A DNA stretch of 64,000 nt from IMG/VR virus record IMGVR_UViG_3300005264_000002, positions 1-64,000 of that record; one strand, given 5' to 3'. Position numbers and translations under genes: made by a program. Origin of the DNA: a virus. How positions within the stretch are numbered: position 1 is the first letter of the stretch; each line of letters begins with the position of its first letter. The notes under the pieces were generated by a model that saw nothing but the letters and a program-made list of their open reading frames with translations, had not been told where the DNA came from and ran no database searches. Positions 36,798 to 46,892 of the stretch are shown in pieces.

Positions 36798-36831
36798 TAT
36801 TGTAAGTATAATCTAAAAGGAGATTATAGAA

Positions 36832-37890
36832 ATGGCCAAAATATTAAAAGAGTGGATTGCTGATGATGCTGTCGATGGAACTAAATTTAAACTATTAAAT
36901 GATCAGAGCCTTAAAGCAAGGAATAATACTGATACTGATGATGTAAATCTATTTAAATTAAATACATCTAATGAATTAGAATTAGCTTTACAGCCAAAAT
37001 TTGCTTCAGATCCTACAGTAGATAATGATTTAGCAAGAAAAAAATATGTTGATGATGGTCTTGACCTCAAAGAGACAGCATCAAATAAAGGTGCAGCTAA
37101 TGGATATTGTTCTCTTGATGCAAATTCATTAGTCCCTCTTACAAATATTCCTCCAGCAGCTCTAGAGAGATTAGCAGTTGTTGCTGATGAAGCTGCTAGG
37201 TTCGCTTTGACAACCGCAACAGTTCAAAATGGAGATACTGTTAAACAAACAGATACTGGATTAATGTATTTTATTAAAGATGATACAAATCTAGATAATG
37301 CTTCAGGATATGAAGTATATACAGCAGGAGCAGCTTCTTCTGTTGCTTGGTCTGGAGTAACTGGAACGCCAACAACTGTTGCTGGTTATGGGATTACAGA
37401 CGTTGATGATGTTGCGAAAGCTGCAGCCGTTGCTGATTCAATTACTGAGGATGTTACTGATGTTGCACCTTCTCAAAATGCTGTTTTTGATGCGTTAGCT
37501 CTTCAGGCCAAAATTGCGGATTTAGCTTCTACTGATAATGGTAAAGGAGCCTCTACTGTTGGTGTTGAAGATTCTGGAGCAAAGTTTACTGCTACTGATG
37601 TTGAGGGAGTTTTAGCAGAACTTCAAGATAATATTGATGGGGCCGTCGGCTCAACTAATGGCAATGAAGTTAAAACATTATCTGCTGGTGATATTTCTAA
37701 CGGATATGTTGATTTAGCTCAAGAAGCAATTGCTGCTTCTGTTATGGTTCAACCTGTTGGTGGGATTATGCAAGAGCCAGGAGTTGATTTTACTCTATCA
37801 GTTGTATCAACAAAAACTAGAGTAACTTTTGCTGGTGATTTATTAGAGCTAGTTGAGAATAATAAAGTAATTTTTTATTACGAATATTAA
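36832..37890 (+). CDS. tail fibre-like protein
   Basis: ARKKYVD, KGAANGYCSLD, AWSGVTGTPTTVAGYGITD, DVEGVLAEL fibre motifs. Confidence 0.8.
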   Translation: MAKILKEWIADDAVDGTKFKLLNDQSLKARNNTDTDDVNLFKLNTSNELELALQPKFASDPTVDNDLARKKYVDDGLDLKETASNKGAANGYCSLDANSLVPLTNIPPAALERLAVVADEAARFALTTATVQNGDTVKQTDTGLMYFIKDDTNLDNASGYEVYTAGAASSVAWSGVTGTPTTVAGYGITDVDDVAKAAAVADSITEDVTDVAPSQNAVFDALALQAKIADLASTDNGKGASTVGVEDSGAKFTATDVEGVLAELQDNIDGAVGSTNGNEVKTLSAGDISNGYVDLAQEAIAASVMVQPVGGIMQEPGVDFTLSVVSTKTRVTFAGDLLELVENNKVIFYYEY

Positions 37891-37902
37891 TAAGAGTTTT
37901 AT

Positions 37903-38148
37903 ATGAAACTGAATGGTTTATTTATTGATCCTGATATCTTTAAAATAAACACCGCTGATGGTGATGGGGTAACGGTTATTTACACTTTAACCAATACCCC
38001 TATTGGCGTTGGAGCTTTATGGGTATATGTAGATGGGATTAAAAGAACTTGGACACAAGATTATACCATCTCAGGTAAGGATGTAACTTTTGTTACTGCT
38101 CCAGCTTTAGGGCAAAAAATTGAATTTAATTATATAAAGAAGGATTAA
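37903..38148 (+). CDS. small fibre adaptor-domain protein
   Basis: GDGVT..YTL...V.VDG....DYTISG..VTF..AP. Confidence 0.7.
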   Translation: MKLNGLFIDPDIFKINTADGDGVTVIYTLTNTPIGVGALWVYVDGIKRTWTQDYTISGKDVTFVTAPALGQKIEFNYIKKD

Positions 38149-38151
38149 GAC

Positions 38152-40293
38152 GTGGCCGGGAAACTTCAAAATCAAGATCATAAAAGTGAAGCTGAATTAA
38201 TAGCTCTTGGTGCTACTAAGACATCTTTATTAAATACCGATAAAATATATTCTCCAAAAAACGCAGATGTTTTGGAGACTGTAATTCGTAAGAATAATTA
38301 TTTGGCCATTGTTGATCCTACTGTTGATAACGATATTGATGAGAATTATGAGGTTGGATCGAAATGGGTCAATACTGTTTCTGGAAAGATTTTTACTTGT
38401 GTTGATAATGCTGATGGAGCTGCTGTTTGGTCAGAAGGTGGATCTGGTGGTGGTGGAAGTTTAGATATATTCTATTCTGAGGACTTTGAAGGTTCTGTTG
38501 ATGCCTCTAGCTTTACTAAAGGAAATAATTCTACCTTTTTAGGCGGTGGAGTTTTTGATGGGGATTTAGAAGATGAAGAAACTTCTCCTTTATCGAAAAC
38601 GAAATCATTGAAATATACGATGGGATCAAGTTCTACAGGTGACTATTGGGCCTCTCCTGTAATTGATATTGATGAAAAACAAACAAATAATGAAACTGGT
38701 TGGCACTTATATTTTACTTCAAATATTACTGATGGAGATATAAAATTTGTAGTTTATGATGTAACTAATAGTAAAATCTTAAGCTCAACCTTAGATATAT
38801 TTAAAACAAGATCTGGAGCAACTAGATTCTCATTGAAAGCTTATATTCCAGATGGAGTTACTCAAATTCGTTGGGGTTGTCATGTTGTCACTGGAAATAG
38901 TGGAAAAGTTCTTTTAATTGATGATGTTGAAGGGACAATGAATCCTTTTATTTATAAAGATTTAATTAATACTCAAACTCTTTGGTTAGATACTCGGGCA
39001 GGAGATGGATCTGCGACATCTAGAGTCCCTTATTATACAAATATTAGAGAGGAATCTGGTGGTGGACTATATACATTTGTCAATAATTCAACAGATGGTT
39101 TTATTTTAACTGCAATTAAAGATATCCCATTTTTTTCTATTTCAGCAAACTTTAAAACAACAACTGCAGGACAAGCTGGTTGGATTTCTAGAGATGGAAA
39201 CCCTGCTTCTGCATCTCAAACAGATGATAAAATAGCTGCTTATTCTAATAATAATTCATCTAACACAACATTAACTCATACATATAATGGGAAATTAAAT
39301 GCTGGAGAAACTATCTTTATTCAATATACTGGAACTGCTTCTAGTAACAATAACTGGAATATTTCTGTTTCAGCAGTAGCTGAAACTGCATCGGTTATTT
39401 CTTCTTCTATAGGAGCATCTCAATATATCACACATGATGGAGCGTTTAACTCTCTAATAAATAATGCAGGAGAGATTGAATTTAACACTTCTAACTTATC
39501 TTATATTGGGGATGATATCCTTACAATTGAGGATGATTCTGGGAACACTCGAACAAAATTTATAAATAATAATGGGTATAAAGTAATTGTAAACGTAGAT
39601 TTATCCGGTGTTACATTTAATAACAACCAAAACCCTGTTACTTTTTATATAAACGGATCTGAAATATCCAGAGGATCTGCTGTAAATTCGGGTACGTATA
39701 ATAAAAGTCACTCTGCTACTCTAATTCTTGAAACTGGTGATTATCTAACGGTAGGTACTACTGGAACTACGGTTTCTACCTCCGACGCATTATTTCTTAA
39801 TTTAACGGCCCAAGCTGACAAAGCTACTCCAATTATAGCTCCTCTGACTAGAACTTGCTATATTAAGGATGTGAAGTCTTCTGGAACAAATGGCGGAACT
39901 TTTACTGCAGGAGCATGGCAAACAAGAGATTTCAATGACCTTTCAGGCGATACTAGTTTTATTACATTAGATTCAAATCAGATTACTATATATCCTGGAA
40001 AATATCTTATTAGAGGATCTGCACCAGCGCACCAAACATCTAGGCATAAGGCAAAATTGAGAAATATCACAGATAGTACAGATGATATAATAGGATCTAC
40101 TGAGTATATTAATCCAACTTACTCTATCCAAACACCTAGTTTTATTTGTGGAATGCTTGAATTAACTGAAAAGAAAGTATTTGAATTACAGCATAAAACC
40201 GAAACAACCTCAACAACTTTCGGTTTTGGTGTAGCTTCTGGTTTTACGGTAGATGAGATTTATGCTCAATTAGCAATAACAAAATTACTATAA
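38152..40293 (+). CDS. tail fibre / receptor-binding protein
   Basis: DPT...D...Y.VGS.W N-terminus; C-terminal KDVKSSGTNGGTFTAGAWQTRD domain. Confidence 0.8.
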   Translation: MAGKLQNQDHKSEAELIALGATKTSLLNTDKIYSPKNADVLETVIRKNNYLAIVDPTVDNDIDENYEVGSKWVNTVSGKIFTCVDNADGAAVWSEGGSGGGGSLDIFYSEDFEGSVDASSFTKGNNSTFLGGGVFDGDLEDEETSPLSKTKSLKYTMGSSSTGDYWASPVIDIDEKQTNNETGWHLYFTSNITDGDIKFVVYDVTNSKILSSTLDIFKTRSGATRFSLKAYIPDGVTQIRWGCHVVTGNSGKVLLIDDVEGTMNPFIYKDLINTQTLWLDTRAGDGSATSRVPYYTNIREESGGGLYTFVNNSTDGFILTAIKDIPFFSISANFKTTTAGQAGWISRDGNPASASQTDDKIAAYSNNNSSNTTLTHTYNGKLNAGETIFIQYTGTASSNNNWNISVSAVAETASVISSSIGASQYITHDGAFNSLINNAGEIEFNTSNLSYIGDDILTIEDDSGNTRTKFINNNGYKVIVNVDLSGVTFNNNQNPVTFYINGSEISRGSAVNSGTYNKSHSATLILETGDYLTVGTTGTTVSTSDALFLNLTAQADKATPIIAPLTRTCYIKDVKSSGTNGGTFTAGAWQTRDFNDLSGDTSFITLDSNQITIYPGKYLIRGSAPAHQTSRHKAKLRNITDSTDDIIGSTEYINPTYSIQTPSFICGMLELTEKKVFELQHKTETTSTTFGFGVASGFTVDEIYAQLAITKLL

Positions 40294-40303
40294 AGGAAAT
40301 ATA

Positions 40304-41065
40304 ATGAGCCATTACGATAATGAACGAAATAATGAAATAGCTGCAATTAATGAATTATTAATTGATGATTGTTTCTTTTCATTGCTTGATAGATTAGTTG
40401 ATTTTTCAAATATTCCCCAAAATGAAGCTCCTTATCTTTTAAGTGAAGATGAAGAGCTATCTTATTATGAAAGAATAACTCTTCATGAATCTTTAACTTT
40501 ACCTAGTTCTGATGATTTTGATGCTGAATTTATAATTTATAAGAATGAATTAATTCAAGAAATCAATAATCGTTATGATGAATTAGAACGAATTTATAGT
40601 ATTACTGAAAGATATAATGCTATTGAAGATATTAGGGGAGCTATTAATGAAGCTGGTTTAGATGAATCTATTCCAAATGTTAAAATAGAATTAAAAAGAA
40701 TTATTAAAGAAAATGATATAACACAATTAGAATTACTTGAAAATTCAGGAGCAGCTTTTATAGGTAAAGAAGCAATTAAAGCTCAAAAAATAGTAAGAAA
40801 AGAAAAAGGTAAAAAAGCAAGAATGCTTTGCACTGACATATTAGATTTAATGGCCGGTTTTAATTTAGAAAGAGAGCTTACTTCTGAACAAATTAACGAA
40901 CTAAAAACTACTTTCGCAGCAATAAACGGATACTTAATGAGTAATCAACCTTGGGCCGCAAAAGTTCTTATTGATGCCATTGAACCAGATGATGTCTTAG
41001 TTACTGCTGAGATTAAGCAAGCTATATTGAATGAATTTACTGAATCTGGATTACCAGGATTTTAA
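40304..41065 (+). CDS. putative fibre assembly chaperone
   Basis: acidic helical protein directly after fibre. Confidence 0.5.
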   Translation: MSHYDNERNNEIAAINELLIDDCFFSLLDRLVDFSNIPQNEAPYLLSEDEELSYYERITLHESLTLPSSDDFDAEFIIYKNELIQEINNRYDELERIYSITERYNAIEDIRGAINEAGLDESIPNVKIELKRIIKENDITQLELLENSGAAFIGKEAIKAQKIVRKEKGKKARMLCTDILDLMAGFNLERELTSEQINELKTTFAAINGYLMSNQPWAAKVLIDAIEPDDVLVTAEIKQAILNEFTESGLPGF

Positions 41066-41089
41066 TTGATAAAACTATAGGATATAAAG

Positions 41090-41428
41090 ATGGAGAAGCA
41101 GGCCTTTCAATTGTTGATGAACAAACTCCAGGGAATTGATCGCAGATTAGAAGAGGGAGATAAAAAATTCCATGAATTCCATCTTACTCTTCAGGAAAAT
41201 ACAAAAGAATTAGCTGAACATGTTAAAGGATCAATTGCGACGAACAAAAGATTAGAGATTGTAGAAAATAAAATGCCAAATATTGAAAAGCATGTTTCAT
41301 TTATGCAAAAATTTGGCAAAATAATTGGCCCATCTAAAAGAAAAATCGCAGGGGTATTAGCAGCAATCTCTTTATTTTTTGGAATCGTTAAAGTTATCGA
41401 TTATTTAAAAATGAAGAATATATTATGA
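41090..41428 (+). CDS. coiled-coil + C-terminal TM protein (holin-like candidate)
   Basis: heptads then IAGVLAAISLFFGIV. Confidence 0.5.
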   Translation: MEKQAFQLLMNKLQGIDRRLEEGDKKFHEFHLTLQENTKELAEHVKGSIATNKRLEIVENKMPNIEKHVSFMQKFGKIIGPSKRKIAGVLAAISLFFGIVKVIDYLKMKNIL

Positions 41429-44400
41429 GCTGTAATCAAAATGGAACTTTCAGATATTTTTATACAGGGAATCAAGTTGGGAATCTCAATTTTGTAGGAG
41501 ATTTTAATTTTGTTGCTGGTGGGATTTTAGGCTCAAATATTTCTGCTGGTGTTATTGCTCCCGTTTTCTTCCCCGGTCGTCCATCAAGATTCCCTTGGAA
41601 AGAGTCCAATGCTACTTTAAGTCAAGAATTATTAGATGCTTGCCATTATTTTATCGATTTACAATGGATAGCGGATATTCATTTAACTGATGATGTTATC
41701 TTAAGAGCATCAAATAGGAATATCTATGTCGAAGATATTGATGGATTGCCCAGATTTTATGAAGCAAGAGCATCTAGGGCACCAAAATTAAATGTTACTT
41801 CTGGAGAATGGCTTAATCCTAATTTTGAAATAGGGGATATGAAGATCACTCTGAACAATAGGGATGGATTTTTCAACCAATATATGCCCCAAGGTGAAAA
41901 TTATGTCCAATGGATAGGGGCAAGAGTCGTTATTAAGATAGGATTTGGAGAAAAGCTATCTAATTACCATGATGTTTTTGAAGGATTCATTCCAGAAAAA
42001 AAGGGACTCGTAACATCAGATCAAGATATAACTGTTAGAGCATATGATAGATTTGATAGGGATGAGATTCCTATTCCTGCAAGAAATTATGATGAGACTA
42101 ATTATCCTTTTATCCAGCAAGATTTTAAGGGAAAGAAAATCCCTCTTGTTTATGGAGATTGGTCAACAGATGTAAATGATACAGGAGAAATTCCTGCTGC
42201 ATGTACAAATGCAATTGATCCTGATGCTTTAGTTTATAATTTTAAAATTTCTGATACTTCTCTGAGGGAAATTGGGGATGTTTATTTAAACAGAGGGAAT
42301 AGGAAAGCTGGAGATGAAGGCCCAATTAAATTCATTGAACCAGCAGTTTTTAAAGATGCTCCTAATGGAGAGTTTGAAATTGATTCAAGGATTCCTTCAT
42401 TAAGCGAAAACTATACAATTCTAAAAGACAAAAAAGCTGGAACAGGATCTGGATTAAATCTAATTATCTCTGAAACTTCTGAACTTAATTTTATTGAAGC
42501 AGGAGTTAGTGTTGGTGATTTGGTTTATAAGGATGCTGATAATATCCCTGCTATTGTTGATGATGTTCAAACAGGACAATTAACTCTTACTGGAGGTAAA
42601 ACTTTTAATCCAGAAGATAATTTTAATATCCTTACAGACAAATACAAATATAAGAAAGGAGATAAAATTGTTGTTCTTTGTAAAGGGAAAGATATTAGAA
42701 CCATCTCAACTTTCAGGATTTCAGACTCAGGATTAACATCTTCTACTCCAAGGGCCTTGACTGTAACTTTAAGAAATAGTTTTTGGACAGCAGATAACAC
42801 TCTCCAAAAATTATATGAGATATCATTTGAGGGTAGAATCCTTAAAGAATATAATTTTACAGATATTTCTCCAGACATTACAGAAATAACAGGATTATCA
42901 GAACAAACAGACAATACTCTTTATATTTTTGATCGTCCTTTATCAAAAATTTATCGCTTTTTATTAGAAGATGAAATAGTTGGACTTGAATTTGATACCA
43001 GTTTTGTTTCTGGCCTAGGAAGTCTTTTAGTAGATGGAAGAGATATCTCTATTGATGATGGTAATTTATTGACCGTTTATGATAATGACAATGGGCAATT
43101 TTATAGAATCAATATCTTTTTTGGTGGTGGTCCAACTTTAGACGCAACATTTAATAAAAATGTATTTGAAGTAAATGCAACAGATATTCTTGGAATATCA
43201 ATAGACAATAATAATAATGAAATGGTTGTTGTTGATAGGAGCACTTTAAAATTTTATCGAGTAGATCCTGCAATTGGAACTTTTATTTCTTCTGTTGATC
43301 TAAGTAATATTGCAACAACATTAGATTATCCTGTTGGGATATCTTCTTTCCAAGATGGGACAATTTTTGTTTTAAATAGATCAGATCGAAGTGTTTATAA
43401 TTATAATGAATTCTCTGATGCTAATGAAAATCCAGGCTTTATTTCCAGAGATCTATTACAAAATTATGCTGGGAGAACTTCTTTTGATTTTGATTTAAGA
43501 TGGAATGAGACTTCAAGAGAGAGCTTAACATATTTTTCCAGAGTTTATATTGATTCTAAAGTTAATGTAGTAAGTTATCTAAATAAATTTCTTCAAGAAT
43601 ACAATGCAATGGTTCATAATAGATTTCAAAAGTATTCTCTTTTCCATATCGAATTTAATAATTTTAAAACTGATGGGAAAGCAATAAAAGAAAAGGATAT
43701 TAAATTAGGAAGCTTTAAGCCATCAAAAGAATTTAATCAATACTTTAATTCCTGTATCTCTGAATATTCAGAGTTTCCATACTCTTCTAGTAAATTAGAG
43801 AGTGACACTTACATCTCTCCATTAGGAATTCAATTAGCAGGGAAAGAGGTATCTAAAATATTAAAGTTTCCATCAGTATATAGGAGAGAAGATCTTGATA
43901 AATTGATTCCTCTCTTTGTTCGTTTGGCCGCTGCAGAACCAGAATTCATAGAATTAACTGTAGGATTTAGATTCTTATTCGCTCAGTTAGCAACTTTTTA
44001 TAATATAAATTATCATGATTTTGATTGTCAGCTTGGAAAAACAGTTAGTGGAAGAAGGTTCGATAATATCCCTGCCTTTGTCAGAAAAGCAACTTTTGAT
44101 CTTGATACTTTAGCTGTTGGATTAAAGTTGTGGTCATTAGGAACAACTACTTTTGGAGACTTTACACCGGAAGGAGTTACAGCAGGAGGCCAATTTGATG
44201 ATATTGTTTTAACCAATCTAGGTACTCCAGGATATATTTCACCAGTTGGAGAAATTACAGGAGATGGAGCGAATTTTGTAAACCTGGCCGATGTTGATGG
44301 TGATGATGCTGAAAGTAGGCAAAATGTTGTAACAGGATTGGCATGGCCAGCAACGGCCATTATTGACATTATCGATAATTCTACTCAATTAGTTGTTGAA

Positions 44401-44703
44401 ACTAAAACAATTGAATCTGTATCAGGTAGTTCAGTTTTTTTTACGGAGCCGATAGTAACGGCCATTGTCCTTCCTTCTAAAAATGCAGCAGGATTTTATA
44501 ATACTGGTCATACAATAAAATATTCAACATTTGACAAGGTGAATAGTGATCAGCAGACAAAACATGTTTATTTTTGTTCACCAGATGAAGGATATCCATC
44601 TACAACAACAGAAGAAATTGAAGAGCAAAGAGCAGGAAAGCATGATTTTTCTAATGGAAGAGTCCCCTATTTGCTTCACCCTGTTGATTTTGTTCAGAAC
44701 TAA
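41425..44703 (+). CDS. tail hub / central tail-tip protein with inserted beta-propeller
   Basis: L.N.DGFF, GK.IPLVYGD hub motifs; YWTD/NHL-like repeats at ~42745-43410. Confidence 0.7.
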   Translation: MSCNQNGTFRYFYTGNQVGNLNFVGDFNFVAGGILGSNISAGVIAPVFFPGRPSRFPWKESNATLSQELLDACHYFIDLQWIADIHLTDDVILRASNRNIYVEDIDGLPRFYEARASRAPKLNVTSGEWLNPNFEIGDMKITLNNRDGFFNQYMPQGENYVQWIGARVVIKIGFGEKLSNYHDVFEGFIPEKKGLVTSDQDITVRAYDRFDRDEIPIPARNYDETNYPFIQQDFKGKKIPLVYGDWSTDVNDTGEIPAACTNAIDPDALVYNFKISDTSLREIGDVYLNRGNRKAGDEGPIKFIEPAVFKDAPNGEFEIDSRIPSLSENYTILKDKKAGTGSGLNLIISETSELNFIEAGVSVGDLVYKDADNIPAIVDDVQTGQLTLTGGKTFNPEDNFNILTDKYKYKKGDKIVVLCKGKDIRTISTFRISDSGLTSSTPRALTVTLRNSFWTADNTLQKLYEISFEGRILKEYNFTDISPDITEITGLSEQTDNTLYIFDRPLSKIYRFLLEDEIVGLEFDTSFVSGLGSLLVDGRDISIDDGNLLTVYDNDNGQFYRINIFFGGGPTLDATFNKNVFEVNATDILGISIDNNNNEMVVVDRSTLKFYRVDPAIGTFISSVDLSNIATTLDYPVGISSFQDGTIFVLNRSDRSVYNYNEFSDANENPGFISRDLLQNYAGRTSFDFDLRWNETSRESLTYFSRVYIDSKVNVVSYLNKFLQEYNAMVHNRFQKYSLFHIEFNNFKTDGKAIKEKDIKLGSFKPSKEFNQYFNSCISEYSEFPYSSSKLESDTYISPLGIQLAGKEVSKILKFPSVYRREDLDKLIPLFVRLAAAEPEFIELTVGFRFLFAQLATFYNINYHDFDCQLGKTVSGRRFDNIPAFVRKATFDLDTLAVGLKLWSLGTTTFGDFTPEGVTAGGQFDDIVLTNLGTPGYISPVGEITGDGANFVNLADVDGDDAESRQNVVTGLAWPATAIIDIIDNSTQLVVETKTIESVSGSSVFFTEPIVTAIVLPSKNAAGFYNTGHTIKYSTFDKVNSDQQTKHVYFCSPDEGYPSTTTEEIEEQRAGKHDFSNGRVPYLLHPVDFVQN

Positions 44704-44718
44704 AACGGATAATAACTT

Positions 44719-45822
44719 ATGACAATATCAACTCCAGTTTTAAAGCCTAATATTATCCAAAAAATTGAATCAGATTTTGGATCAACAATTTCTGCTTTTA
44801 TTTGGAAAAAAGTTTTACAACATCAAATGTGGACCAATAGGTCCATTCCTGTTGGATCAATATTATCATTTTTTGGATCTCAATTACTTGCTAGGACTGG
44901 CCCATTTGATGAATTAATCCCTCAACCAGATTCATCATTTTGGCAATGGTGTGATGGGGCGGCCATTATCAATCCAAATTCTCCTTTATTGGGGCAAAAT
45001 ACACCAGATTTTAAAGAAAAATTTCTTAAAGGATATGGAACGTTAGGAATCCTTGGGGGTCAATCTACAATCAATTTGCAGCATAATCATAGTGGAATTA
45101 CTCAACTTGAAACAGATAGATCTAATGAAGAAAATGTTGATGATGGAGGTGATCATACAAGTGGGAGTCATCATACACATCCTATTAGTAATAATTGGTC
45201 AACGTCAGAATCAATCATTCCTCCATATACAGAAATCCAATATTATATAAGAATTGATGGAGGTCCAGGAAGTTCAACTCCATCTTTAGATGATACTATT
45301 CCAACAACTTTTGGAAGTCTTATTAATGATCAAATCACTGAATATGCAAAAATTCTTTCTCAAGAGCTTGCGACAACAATTCATTATAATTCTTTACTCT
45401 TAAACACAATAATCCCAATTGGTTCAGTAATCCCAATTATGACAAACATTCCTGGTGTTCCTGCACCAGATCTTAATATTTTTCAAGAATGTGATGGATC
45501 AGAAATTACTAATGAAAACTCTCCATTAAGATCTATTGGAGGAGAAAATAGATATGTTCCTAATTTAATTGAACATTATCTTAGAGTACCTTCTACTTTT
45601 GGATTATCAGGACAGAATGGAGGAGTAAATGATTCGACTCTTTTTGCTCATAATCATGGGGGAGTTACAGGATATCAAGAAAATGATGAAGATGGAGATC
45701 CTTCAGGGGATGAATTTATGGCCGCAAGAAGACATAGGCATGGTATCAATTCAGATTTAGTTAATCCATTAAATGTTGAGCCTCCATATTTTACAGTAAG
45801 ATTTTTTATGAGGATTCAATAA
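44719..45822 (+). CDS. protein with two tandem tail-collar-like domains
   Basis: IP.GS...CDG...P...GG...HNH...H.H...PPY twice. Confidence 0.75.
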   Translation: MTISTPVLKPNIIQKIESDFGSTISAFIWKKVLQHQMWTNRSIPVGSILSFFGSQLLARTGPFDELIPQPDSSFWQWCDGAAIINPNSPLLGQNTPDFKEKFLKGYGTLGILGGQSTINLQHNHSGITQLETDRSNEENVDDGGDHTSGSHHTHPISNNWSTSESIIPPYTEIQYYIRIDGGPGSSTPSLDDTIPTTFGSLINDQITEYAKILSQELATTIHYNSLLLNTIIPIGSVIPIMTNIPGVPAPDLNIFQECDGSEITNENSPLRSIGGENRYVPNLIEHYLRVPSTFGLSGQNGGVNDSTLFAHNHGGVTGYQENDEDGDPSGDEFMAARRHRHGINSDLVNPLNVEPPYFTVRFFMRIQ

Positions 45823-46358
45823 TGAGCAATATTATTATTCCCCCAATTTTTACAGAATATCATGAAGAAGAATTAGATCTTTTATCTCCTGGGAATGAAG
45901 AATTGATTCGGAAAATTGCAATCAATAATAATTTCTTAATGAATTTATTACCATTAGGATCAATCCTTTGGATTGATATTAATAAACCAGGAGGAATTGG
46001 TATTCCAAATACTAATGTATTTCAAGAATGTGATGGATCTGAAATCACTAATCCCAATTCTCCACTAAGAACTATTGGAATATTTCCAAGATTTACTCCA
46101 GATCTCAAAAATAAATACCCAAGAGGGGCCAATAGTATTGATGCAAATAGTTCAGGTGGAACTCATAATCATAATCTAACTCATAATCATGGAGGATATA
46201 CTGGTGGAGGCGGTGGCGGTGGAGCTGGCATTGAGAAAAAGGGCGATAGAAGATATGCTGTATTTCATGAACATACCATTTCTGGCCAATATGCTAATCC
46301 TACCTTTATCGAGGCACCTAAATTTGTTTATTTTATAGCTTACATAAAAATTATATGA
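45822..46358 (+). CDS. tail-collar-like domain protein (paralog)
   Basis: LPLGS...ECDGSEI...TPDL...HNH...HEH. Confidence 0.75.
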   Translation: MSNIIIPPIFTEYHEEELDLLSPGNEELIRKIAINNNFLMNLLPLGSILWIDINKPGGIGIPNTNVFQECDGSEITNPNSPLRTIGIFPRFTPDLKNKYPRGANSIDANSSGGTHNHNLTHNHGGYTGGGGGGGAGIEKKGDRRYAVFHEHTISGQYANPTFIEAPKFVYFIAYIKII

Positions 46359-46359
46359 G

Positions 46360-46740
46360 GTGAATATGTCTAAGACAGAAACAGAGAAACCAGTAAAAAC
46401 TCCTAAAAAAATAATGAATAGTGAAGTCAGTATAACTCATGCGATTATCTTGTCTCATGATCCATATTATATTATGGCCCACAATGAAGAATCGGCGATA
46501 GAAGTTTCTGAAAAGTATGGTAGTTCTTGTATTGGAATTATCGTTGCTCCAAAAGGCTTATCAATGAAATCTATTCAAAAGAAAACGATATTAGCAGATA
46601 TAGAGATTAAAGCACTTCCTCTTTATTCTGTCTCTGATGATGGAATGACTGTTGAAGAAGTCATTGGCTCAGAAGATGAAGTAGATTTTGATGAAGAAGA
46701 ATTAGACATTTTAAATATCAACAAACCACTTGGAGAGTAA
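46360..46740 (+). CDS. hypothetical protein
   Basis: 126 aa, GAGG RBS. Confidence 0.65.
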   Translation: MNMSKTETEKPVKTPKKIMNSEVSITHAIILSHDPYYIMAHNEESAIEVSEKYGSSCIGIIVAPKGLSMKSIQKKTILADIEIKALPLYSVSDDGMTVEEVIGSEDEVDFDEEELDILNINKPLGE

Positions 46741-46892
46741 AATGAGCAACATTAAATTATATGAATTCTTTTTTAAACGACATTTAAAAGTAAAAGAAAA
46801 ATATGAAAGAATGATATCAAATGATCATCCTGATTCATTCTTAACAAAAAAAACTATGGAATTAAATGAAAGATTGATGCTTTTATTTAAAC

